Shown here: positions 57,087 to 64,000 of the stretch, piece by piece | Layout: each line of letters starts with the position of its first letter | Numbering within the stretch: position 1 is the stretch's first letter | Position numbers and translations under genes: made by a program | Source of the DNA: Methanomassiliicoccales archaeon PtaU1.Bin124 | GTDB taxonomy: Archaea; Thermoplasmatota; Thermoplasmata; Methanomassiliicoccales; UBA472 | Length of the DNA stretch: 64,000 nt | Direction: 5' to 3' | Assembly (NCBI GenBank): GCA_002067865.1 | Contig: MVRC01000012.1 | Span: 93,395 to 157,394, forward strand | Notes under the pieces: generated by a model | Seen by the model: only the letters and a program-made list of their open reading frames with translations | Database searches by the model: none | What the model was told of the DNA's origin: nothing

Positions 57087-57662
57087 TCATTTCGCCATTT
57101 CGATGAAGTTCGCCAGCACCTGCTTGCCCGAAGGAGTGAGGACCGATTCCGGATGGAACTGTACGCCGTAGATGGGGAAGAGCTCGTGCTGCAGCGCCAT
57201 GATCAGGCCGTCCGGGCTGTATGCGGTTGCTCGCAGATTGTCCGGCAGCTGGGAGACGACCAGTGAATGGTAGCGGCCCACCGGCAAAGGGTTCGGCAGG
57301 CCGTTGAAGAGACCGGAGCAGAAGTGCTTGATCTCCGTGACCTTGCCATGCACCGGGACCGGGGCCTTCTCCACCTTACCGCCGAACGTGGTGGCGATGC
57401 CCTGATGGCCCAGACAGACACCGAGCGTTGGGACGTTCGGCGAGATCTCCTGCAGCACCGCGCCGCAGATGCCGAAGTCCCTCTTGTTGGTCGGATGGCC
57501 GGGACCAGGGGAGAGGACGATCGCATCCGGGGCGATGGAGCGAATGTCATCGATGGTGACCTCGTCGTTCCTTCTCACGATGCACTCGGCCCCAAGCTCT
57601 CCCAGCATCTGCTTCAGGTTGTAAACGAACGAATCGTAGTTGTCGATGAGAAGCACCTTCAT
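57087..57662 (-). CDS. trpG: Anthranilate synthase component II (glutamine amidotransferase)
   Basis: The start is placed at the internal ATG (MKVLLIDNYDSFVYNL), with an ATGA overlap with the trpE stop. Catalytic GVCLGHQ and FHPES are present. The track ORF to 58097 is a shadow extension overlapping trpE. Confidence 0.9.
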   Translation of the reverse strand: MKVLLIDNYDSFVYNLKQMLGELGAECIVRRNDEVTIDDIRSIAPDAIVLSPGPGHPTNKRDFGICGAVLQEISPNVPTLGVCLGHQGIATTFGGKVEKAPVPVHGKVTEIKHFCSGLFNGLPNPLPVGRYHSLVVSQLPDNLRATAYSPDGLIMALQHELFPIYGVQFHPESVLTPSGKQVLANFIEMAK

Positions 57663-59026
57663 ACGTTCGCCTCCTTGTTGGTGGCGGAGCGCTGCAACGC
57701 CGCCACGACCCCTTCCAGCTTGTTCTCCGTCTCCACGAACTCCTTGCTCGGGTCGGAATCGTACACGATGCCTGCGCCTGCCTGGATGCGGATGCGGTCC
57801 TTGGCGACGAAGGCGGAGCGGATGGCGATGGCCGAGTCCATGTCGCCGTTCAATGAGATGTAACCGACCGCTCCGGCGTAGGGCCCGCGGGGGCGCTGTT
57901 CCAGCTCGGCAATGATCTCCATGGCGCGGGGTTTCGGTGCACCGGAGACGGTACCGGCCGGGAAGACGGCGGTGAAGGCGTCCATGGCGTCCAGTCCTGG
58001 CGCTAACGTCCCCTGCACCTTCGACACGAGGTGCTGCACGTGGCTGAACTCCTCCACCTGCATGTACTCGGCCACGTGGACCGAGCCTTCCTCGCACACC
58101 TTGCCCAGGTCGTTCCTGGCCAGGTCGACGAGCATCGCATGCTCGGCCTTCTCCTTCTCGTCCGCCCGCATCTCCTCCTTGTACCTGCGGCGCTCCTTCA
58201 TGTTGGCACCTAGGGGGCGGGTGCCGGCGATGGGGTAGGTGAAGACCTCGCCACCACGTACGGTCACGAGCGTCTCCGGACTGGAGCCGAGCACTTTCCT
58301 CTCGCCGAAGTCGAGGTAGTACATGTAGGGGGACGGGTTCACCTGGCGAAGCTCTTGGTACAACGCCAATGGGTCGCCGGTGAAGTCGATCTCCTTGGAG
58401 CGTGAGACGACGACCTGGAACGATTCGCCCTCGGCGATGCGCTGCCTGGCCGATGAAACGTTTCCCTCATAGCGGGGCCTGGGGCACTGGTCATGGGTGC
58501 GGCCGATCAAAAGTGGCCTGCGGACGGTCTTCAGGTCCATCGAGTCGAGCATGCGGCGCAGGTTGTCGGTCCCATCGATCGACATGTAGTAGCATTTGAA
58601 CTTGGAATGGTCGAAGACAACAGCCTCCTTGTAGAAGCCCAGCTCGTAGTCTGGGAAGGAGGGATCGCGGAGGAACGGTACCTTTTCCTCCAGGTAGCGG
58701 GCGAACTCGTAGCTGAAGTAGCCGACCAGGCCGCCCATGAACGGGAACATGCGCTCGCTCAGCTCGTTCTCCTCCATCGCCTTCTTGATGGCGCCTATGG
58801 GGCCTTCCTTGGAGTATTCAGGGGAGCCAGTCACTTTTCCGTCATCGCAGCGCAGCACGAACTTGGGGCAGCAGCCGATGAAGGAGTAGGAGACGGTCCG
58901 CTCGGCGCCGACCGCGCTTTCCAGCAGGAAGGAGGTGCGGGCCCTCTGCGATATCTGGCCATACAGCTCCATCGGTGTGAGGTTGGTCTGTAGGTCCTCA
59001 ATGTGAACACGGGGTGAGTCTGACAT
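57659..59026 (-). CDS. trpE: Anthranilate synthase component I
   Basis: 455 aa with LESAVG, PSPYMYYL, GTVSGAPK and GAVGYISLNGDMDSAIAIRS. Confidence 0.95.
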   Translation of the reverse strand: MSDSPRVHIEDLQTNLTPMELYGQISQRARTSFLLESAVGAERTVSYSFIGCCPKFVLRCDDGKVTGSPEYSKEGPIGAIKKAMEENELSERMFPFMGGLVGYFSYEFARYLEEKVPFLRDPSFPDYELGFYKEAVVFDHSKFKCYYMSIDGTDNLRRMLDSMDLKTVRRPLLIGRTHDQCPRPRYEGNVSSARQRIAEGESFQVVVSRSKEIDFTGDPLALYQELRQVNPSPYMYYLDFGERKVLGSSPETLVTVRGGEVFTYPIAGTRPLGANMKERRRYKEEMRADEKEKAEHAMLVDLARNDLGKVCEEGSVHVAEYMQVEEFSHVQHLVSKVQGTLAPGLDAMDAFTAVFPAGTVSGAPKPRAMEIIAELEQRPRGPYAGAVGYISLNGDMDSAIAIRSAFVAKDRIRIQAGAGIVYDSDPSKEFVETENKLEGVVAALQRSATNKEANV

Positions 59027-59043
59027 GATGATTGGAGTACACT

Positions 59044-59081
59044 AATGATTATATTTAATCATTGTTGTATAAGATTATACA
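59044..59081. promoter_or_regulatory. Two adjacent perfect palindromes in the trpE promoter region (operator candidate)
   Basis: AATGATTA-tatt-TAATCATT spans 59044-59063 and TGTATAA-ga-TTATACA spans 59066-59081. They lie 18-55 nt upstream of the trpE start (59026, minus strand), in AT-rich sequence that must also hold the TATA box. Confidence 0.45.
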
Positions 59082-59126
59082 TTGATAAACAAAAGCATGA
59101 TGCCAATGAACATAAATATGCATAAT

Positions 59127-59723
59127 TTACAAGAGAACGTTGATGCCCAGCGCCACGACCAGCAGGTTACCGATCACGACAGAGGCGATCATGAACCGCT
59201 TCGATAGATGCTTTCTGGCGCCTGCCCCGATGATGGCAAGGAACGTCTGCCAGCTGAGCGATGCCAGTGTCACACCGGCAACGAACAGGATGCAATCGGT
59301 GAGGGTATAGCTGAACACTCCCCCATTGCCCATGATCAGTGCCAGGAAGTAGACGACGGTGAATGGGTTGAGGATCGTGATGGCCACGAACTGAAGGAAT
59401 ACCTTGCCGTCCTTCGGTGCCGCCTCCTCTGTCTTCGCTTTCCGTCTCAGGCTGAGCACACCGTACACGCCCATGGCGATCAGCACGCCCCCGCTGGCCC
59501 ATTTCAACGGCGTCTCATAGGGCAGGAGGATGCCGACCACCGCGGCTCCGGCGAAAACGGAGATGACGGCGCAACAGAAATCCACGAAGGCGGTCCCCGC
59601 TCCAGCAATGAAACCGGGGCGGAAGCCCTTCTCGATGGCCAGGTTGACGATCAGCACCGACACGGCGCCGATGGGCACGGCCACTCCATAGCCTGCGATC
59701 AGACCGTCCACCAGCGCGTTCAT
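59127..59723 (-). CDS. LysE/RhtB-family amino-acid exporter
   Basis: 198 aa with 5-6 TM segments. The N-terminal GYGVAVPIGAVSVLIVNLAIEKGFRPGF is typical of the LysE family. Confidence 0.75.
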   Translation of the reverse strand: MNALVDGLIAGYGVAVPIGAVSVLIVNLAIEKGFRPGFIAGAGTAFVDFCCAVISVFAGAAVVGILLPYETPLKWASGGVLIAMGVYGVLSLRRKAKTEEAAPKDGKVFLQFVAITILNPFTVVYFLALIMGNGGVFSYTLTDCILFVAGVTLASLSWQTFLAIIGAGARKHLSKRFMIASVVIGNLLVVALGINVLL

Positions 59724-59808
59724 CGCCCCGACCGAACGATGCCATCATATTTACATCGAGCGGAAGGCTGACATAGCGCCTCCTGCCTTCACGGACCAGA
59801 GGGATCGA

Positions 59809-60381
59809 ATGAAGGTCGTCGCATTCAATGGAAGCCCACGCAAGAACGGGAACACCGCGCAGTCGCTGCAGATCGTTCTGGAGGAGGTCAAGGCGGAGGG
59901 GATCGAGGTCGAGCTGGTGAACATCGCTCAGGAACACCTCGAACCATGCCACGCCTGCGGCGCCTGCGGACGGAACAAGGACAGGAAGTGCATCTACGAC
60001 GACAGGCTGAACGAGTACGTGGAGATGATGGCCAAGGCCGACGGCATCCTGCTCGGCTCACCAACCTATTTCGGCACCATGTCCGCCCAGATGAAGGCCT
60101 TCATCGACCGGGCCGGGTTCGTCAACCGGGCCAACGGCGACCTCTTCAAGCGGAAGGTCGGGGCGGCGGTGGCGGTGAACCGCCGGGCCGGCGCCATCCA
60201 GGCGTTCAGTGACATGAACTACTTCTTCCTCATCGGCCACATGATAGTGCCGGGCAGCAGCTACTGGAACGTCGTCAACGCGCTCAAGCCAGGCGAGGTC
60301 CATCTGGACGAGGAGGGCGTGAGGACGATGAAGGACCTGGGAAAGAACATGGCTTGGCTCATCAAGAAGCTGAATGCGTGA
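59809..60381 (+). CDS. Iron-sulfur flavoprotein (ISF) / NADPH-dependent FMN reductase family
   Basis: 190 aa with AFNGSPRKNGNT and the compact Cys cluster PCHACGACGRNKDRKC, as in Methanosarcina ISF. SPTYFGTMSAQMKAFIDR is also present. Confidence 0.8.
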   Translation: MKVVAFNGSPRKNGNTAQSLQIVLEEVKAEGIEVELVNIAQEHLEPCHACGACGRNKDRKCIYDDRLNEYVEMMAKADGILLGSPTYFGTMSAQMKAFIDRAGFVNRANGDLFKRKVGAAVAVNRRAGAIQAFSDMNYFFLIGHMIVPGSSYWNVVNALKPGEVHLDEEGVRTMKDLGKNMAWLIKKLNA

Positions 60382-60421
60382 GGTTCAAATACCTCGCCCT
60401 CCGTGAAAACCGTCGGTAGAG

Positions 60422-60568
60422 ATGGCAGAGGTAAAGAAGGAGTCCAAGTGCCAGATCTGCGACTCGTACAACATGAAGGGCATGTGGCAGTGCGAGTGCG
60501 GCGTGATGAACGTCTCTAAGAACATGAAATGCTGGAAATGCTCCCTGCCGCGTAAGCAGGACGAGTGA
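60422..60568 (+). CDS. 48-aa zinc-finger protein (RanBP2-type pattern); not in the ORF track
   Basis: Manual translation gives MAEVKKESKCQICDSYNMKGMWQCECGVMNVSKNMKCWKCSLPRKQDE. It has two Cys pairs with W-x-C-x-C...N...C-x2-C spacing. The ORF is below the apparent 60-aa cutoff of the track. Confidence 0.5.
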   Translation: MAEVKKESKCQICDSYNMKGMWQCECGVMNVSKNMKCWKCSLPRKQDE

Positions 60569-60584
60569 CGCGGACCGAACGTTC

Positions 60585-60863
60585 TCAGGAGGCCAGGTGT
60601 CCCTTGAGCGTAGCATAGTCGACGTTCAGCTGGATGACGTCCCCCACGACGCCGATCATTTCGGTCCTGATCTTGATCTGGGCCGCTCTGAACAGGCCGC
60701 CCTTGACCTTCAGGTCCTTGGCCGCTTCCTTATGCAGGTTCACCAGGAGGTCGTTCACCTTCCAGTCGGCGGCGTTGATAGTCGCCCCGATGAAATCCCC
60801 GATGTGCCTTCCGTCCTTGGTTATGACGTTCCGCTTCACTATCGTCGACAGCTCTATCGGCAT
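60585..60863 (-). CDS. PRC-barrel domain protein
   Basis: 92 aa. VITKDGRHIGDFIGATINAADWKVNDLLV...VVGDVIQLN fits the PRC-barrel pattern. Confidence 0.65.
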   Translation of the reverse strand: MPIELSTIVKRNVITKDGRHIGDFIGATINAADWKVNDLLVNLHKEAAKDLKVKGGLFRAAQIKIRTEMIGVVGDVIQLNVDYATLKGHLAS

Positions 60864-60995
60864 CGCATCCCTTCGGGGAAGTTACCCGCTTATTAGTTTT
60901 TAATTGTTGTGTTAATATCTTAATGAAGGAAAAATTGAACTGCCCTGGCGCAGATTAATTAGTTCGGGAGAACATATACTGTTCAGTTCGGTGAC

Positions 60996-62861
60996 ATGGC
61001 AGGACAGGATTGGCGGCGAGAATATCGGAGCAAGCTCTGCAAGGCGGAGGAGGCGGCGAGGTACATACGCCGCGGCGACACGGTCTTCATCGGCACGGCA
61101 TGCGGGGAACCGCAGGCGCTGGTCAAGGCGATGATCTCCGAGGCGGAGCATCTGGCGGACAACGAGATAGTGCAGACGCTGTCGCTCGGCCTGACCCCAT
61201 ATGCCGAAGAGAAGTTCCCGGACCAGTTCCGCATCAACGCCCTGTTCATCGGGCCCAACATGCGCCAGGCCGTTAACGACGGCAGGGCCGATTACACTCC
61301 GATCTACCTTTCAGAGATCGAGCAGCTGTTCGAGAACGGTGACATCACCATCGAGTCGGCGCTCATACTCGTTTCGCCTCCGGACGAAGAGGGTTACTGT
61401 TCCTTCGGGGTCAGCGTGGACATCACTAAGAGCGCGGCTGAGCATGCGGACCAGGTCATCGCGGAAGTGAACCCCAACGTTCCCCGCGTGGGCGGGGACT
61501 CGCTCATCCACATCAGCGAGATCGACCACATCGTCGAATCTAACTTGCCATTGTTGGAATGGACCCAGGAAAGGGAGGAGGACCCCGAGGTGCTGAGCCG
61601 CATCGGCCGGCACCTGGGAGAGCTGGTGTCCGATGGGGATACGTTGCAGATAGGTTACGGCACCACACCCAACGCCGTGCTCAAGTACCTCAACAACAAG
61701 AAGGACCTGGGCGTGCACACCGAGATGTTTTCGGACGGCATCATGGAGCTGACCAAGGCCGGCGTCATCACCGGCAGGAAGAAGACGCTGCACAAAGGGA
61801 AGATCGTGGCGTCGTTCATGATGGGCTCGAAGAGGCTCTATGATTGGGCGAACAACAACGACACCGTGGAGATGCATCCCTCGGCCTACACCAACGACCC
61901 TTACATCATCTCCCGCAACGACGGCATGGTGTCGATCAACACCGCGTTGGAGGTGGACCTCACCGGTCAGGTATGCGCCGATCAGATAGGCCATAGGTTC
62001 TTCTCCGGTCTGGGCGGGCAGGTCGATTTCACCCGGGGAGCGGCGAAGTCGAAGGGTGGCAAGCCCATCATCGTCCTCCCTTCCACGGCCATGGACGGAA
62101 CGATCTCGCGCGTGGTGGCCCACCTGGAGGAGGGGGCCGGGGTCACGACCCCCAGGGGCGACGTGCATTACGTCGTCACGGAGTACGGCGTGGCTGAGTT
62201 GCATGGCAAGAGCATCATGCAGCGGGCCATCGCCATGATCAACATCGCCCACCCCAAGTTCCGCGATGAGCTCCTGGCCCATGCCAAATCCCTGCACCTG
62301 GTGTACGCGGACCAGTCCGACCTCGCGCTCAAATCGGTCTACCCTGAGCAATATGAGATGGTGGCCAGGCTGGCGGACAAGGACGTCTACTTCCGCCCGG
62401 CGAAGGCCACGGACGAATCCATGCTGCACGAACTTTTCTACTCGTTCAGCGACCAGACCGTCTACCAGAGGTACATGGCGCCCAAGAAGCGCTTCTCGCA
62501 TGACGAACTGGCGAGCATGGTGAACATCGACTATACCATCAAGATGACCATCATCGCCCTGGTCAAGGAGAAGAGCACCTGGAGGGCGATCGGCCTCGCC
62601 ACGTACGACCTGGACCGGGAAAGGAACACCGCCGAGGTGGCGTTCATCGTGCACGACAAATATCAGGGGAAGGGCATCGGCTCGACCATGATGGAACAGC
62701 TGATCAAGATCGGCAGGGAACGGTCCATCAAGGCGTTCACGGCCGAGACGCTGTCGGCCAACGTGCGCATGCTGGAACTGTTCTACCGCACTGGCCTGAA
62801 GGTGGAGACCAGGCTGGTGGAGGACACCTACCTGGTGAACATGGACCTGTGGGCCAAGTGA
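60996..62861 (+). CDS. Acetyl-CoA hydrolase/CoA-transferase family domain fused to a Pat-type GNAT acetyltransferase domain
   Basis: 621 aa. Residues 1 to ~455 resemble 4-hydroxybutyrate CoA-transferase (IGTACGEPQAL, GYGTTPNAV, LEVDLTGQVCAD, GLGGQVDF). Residues ~465-621 are a GNAT with FRPAKATDESMLHELF...YQRY...SHDELASMVNIDY and the motif A QGKGIGS. Confidence 0.8.
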   Translation: MAGQDWRREYRSKLCKAEEAARYIRRGDTVFIGTACGEPQALVKAMISEAEHLADNEIVQTLSLGLTPYAEEKFPDQFRINALFIGPNMRQAVNDGRADYTPIYLSEIEQLFENGDITIESALILVSPPDEEGYCSFGVSVDITKSAAEHADQVIAEVNPNVPRVGGDSLIHISEIDHIVESNLPLLEWTQEREEDPEVLSRIGRHLGELVSDGDTLQIGYGTTPNAVLKYLNNKKDLGVHTEMFSDGIMELTKAGVITGRKKTLHKGKIVASFMMGSKRLYDWANNNDTVEMHPSAYTNDPYIISRNDGMVSINTALEVDLTGQVCADQIGHRFFSGLGGQVDFTRGAAKSKGGKPIIVLPSTAMDGTISRVVAHLEEGAGVTTPRGDVHYVVTEYGVAELHGKSIMQRAIAMINIAHPKFRDELLAHAKSLHLVYADQSDLALKSVYPEQYEMVARLADKDVYFRPAKATDESMLHELFYSFSDQTVYQRYMAPKKRFSHDELASMVNIDYTIKMTIIALVKEKSTWRAIGLATYDLDRERNTAEVAFIVHDKYQGKGIGSTMMEQLIKIGRERSIKAFTAETLSANVRMLELFYRTGLKVETRLVEDTYLVNMDLWAK

Positions 62862-62865
62862 GGCC

Positions 62866-63093
62866 ATGTACGGCAGGTCTGGCTTGGACGGAAAGGTGGC
62901 ATGGTGCCCGGTATGCGGCTACCCCCTGGTGCCTGGCAGCATCTCCTTGGAATGTCCGGCGCACGGAATCATGATGACCATCGAGGCCATGTACGCTAAC
63001 GGCGGGGACGCGGTGTGCAATGGCTGCGGCAGGACCGTCCGCAAGAACTACGTCTTCTGCCCCTTCTGCCGCCATCCGGTCTCTGCGCCGTGA
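62866..63093 (+). CDS. Small double zinc-ribbon protein
   Basis: 75 aa with CPVCG...C.AHG...CNGCG...CPFC. It starts 5 nt after the GNAT-fusion stop. Confidence 0.6.
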   Translation: MYGRSGLDGKVAWCPVCGYPLVPGSISLECPAHGIMMTIEAMYANGGDAVCNGCGRTVRKNYVFCPFCRHPVSAP

Positions 63094-63148
63094 CCGTTCC
63101 GGATATGTTCTAATGGTAGGAGGCCCCAATACTTATCGGGATGTTCAC

Positions 63149-63385
63149 ATGAGGACCGTAACCACGATGGACGGCTATGGCAAGTTCTGCCCCATCTGCG
63201 GCATGCCGATCGCCCCCCAGGGTATGCTGACCGCCTGCGTCGCGCATGGCACCATCATGTACCTGGAGGAGGCGATGGCGGACCAAGGCGACGTCACCTG
63301 CAAGGGGTGCGGCAACACGGTCCGTAAGCGCTACGTCCATTGCCCCTACTGCAACAAGCTGGTAGAAGAATCGCTCAAGGAATGA
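63149..63385 (+). CDS. Small double zinc-ribbon protein (tandem paralog)
   Basis: 78 aa from ATG 63149 (MRTVTTMDGYGKFCPICG...CKGCGNTVRKRYVHCPYC). It is collinear with the previous gene at roughly 40-45% identity by eye. The track start at 63020 overlaps the previous gene. Confidence 0.6.
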   Translation: MRTVTTMDGYGKFCPICGMPIAPQGMLTACVAHGTIMYLEEAMADQGDVTCKGCGNTVRKRYVHCPYCNKLVEESLKE

Positions 63386-63389
63386 CGTT

Positions 63390-64000
63390 CTAGAAATCGA
63401 GGTTGTACAGGTCGCGCATCATCGATGCCAGCGCGGCCTGAGATTCCTTCACCGGTTCGGTCGGAGCGGCCTCTTCGTTCAGGCGGCTGCTCAGAACGGC
63501 CCCGGCCATATTGCTCTGCGGGTCGTAGAACGAACGCAGGTGCACGTCGAAGCTGAGATACATGCCAGATGCGTGGCGGAGGTGCAGCTCGATGGTCGCC
63601 GACCTCCTTTCCATGGCGGCCTCGTTCAGAATGTCGTAGAGCTTGCGAGCCTCGCCCGGGGCTAGGAAGTCCTCTATGGACCTGCCCATGAGCTCCATCG
63701 GGTCGCGTCCGAGCGCCTCCTCGTGGGATTTGCTGGCATAGGTGATCGTTCCATCCCCGTCCACCTGTAAAAGCAGGTCGGGGGAGTTGTCGGCCACGTC
63801 GTTCCCGCAGAAGGCCAGATAGTCTCCCTTCGGGGTCTTGCCGCTCCTTTCCGAACCGACGCACCACACCATCGCCACCGGCGACGACTCTTGCGGCGGG
63901 ACCGGGATGAAATTGAGCCTGCGCCCGTCATTGAGGTGCAGACGCACCACCTTGTCCGGACCTTCCGACTGGGCCATGTTCAGCACGTCGGAGTCGAAGC
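63390..64000 (-). CDS. PAS-domain protein (5' end possibly beyond the window)
   Basis: The PAS-like core reads LLLQVDGDGTITYASKSHEEALGRDPMELMGRSIEDFLAPGE...LHLRHASGMYLSFDV. The frame stays open from the GTG/ATG candidates (63986/63977) to position 64000, so the true start may lie outside the window. Confidence 0.65.
   Translation of the reverse strand, partial: FDSDVLNMAQSEGPDKVVRLHLNDGRRLNFIPVPPQESSPVAMVWCVGSERSGKTPKGDYLAFCGNDVADNSPDLLLQVDGDGTITYASKSHEEALGRDPMELMGRSIEDFLAPGEARKLYDILNEAAMERRSATIELHLRHASGMYLSFDVHLRSFYDPQSNMAGAVLSSRLNEEAAPTEPVKESQAALASMMRDLYNLDF

Noticed and set aside
57663-58097. N-terminal extensions of track ORFs (trpG to 58097; thrC from 5071; hydantoinase-like gene from 39441; Zn-ribbon gene from 63020)
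   Set aside because: The extensions overlap the upstream gene or have aberrant Arg/Gly/Pro composition. Internal ATGs with SD motifs or ATGA coupling give the family-typical N-termini.
61311-62867. 518-aa ORF on the minus strand
   Set aside because: It is antisense to the CoA-transferase-GNAT gene, whose conserved blocks are unambiguous. The composition is that of a shadow frame.

Overview
GC-rich, densely packed archaeal chromosomal segment. I call about 66 protein genes and recognised no rRNA, tRNA, CRISPR array, transposase or integrase. Archaeal hallmarks: sn-glycerol-1-phosphate dehydrogenase, Hel308, membrane LonB, KEOPS Cgi121 and several KaiC-like ATPases. Methanogen hallmarks: F430 genes cfbE/cfbB, HdrA/MvhD-derived modules and a methyltransferase-type corrinoid protein. 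Together these suggest a Methanomassiliicoccales-like methanogen; this is inference only, with no database search. Housekeeping blocks: thrB-thrC, purC, NMNAT-CinA, a complete trpEGDCFBA operon, sufCB, hemD, an ECF Ni/Co transporter (MNQO), wecB, rmlD, rubrerythrin, ActP. Most unusual observations: (1) An orphan corrinoid-protein locus (35.8-42.3 kb) is bracketed by two paralogous ~670-aa hydantoinase-family ASKHA proteins and two DGC-type Cys-rich proteins, with no methyltransferase or RamA nearby. This is my best candidate for an undescribed system (corrinoid activation or maintenance). (2) A canonical HdrA appears partitioned by domain into two distant genes: the N- and C-terminal Fe-S domains fused to MvhD at 27.6 kb, and the FAD core with its inserted ferredoxin at 44.5 kb. 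(3) A protein of at least 1177 aa built from about 18 repeats of ~62 residues occupies 1-3533 on the minus strand. It is missing from the supplied ORF track because it runs off the window edge. (4) Several unusual domain fusions: ATP-cone + PD-(D/E)xK nuclease, USP + DUF485 coupled to ActP, CoA-transferase + Pat-type GNAT followed by tandem zinc-ribbon paralogs, and zinc ribbon + HisA/F-like barrel. (5) A low-GC islet holds an ORFan membrane protein, and a 600-bp non-coding AT-rich region carries direct repeats. Many long ORFs in the track are GC-driven shadow frames antisense to real genes and were rejected.
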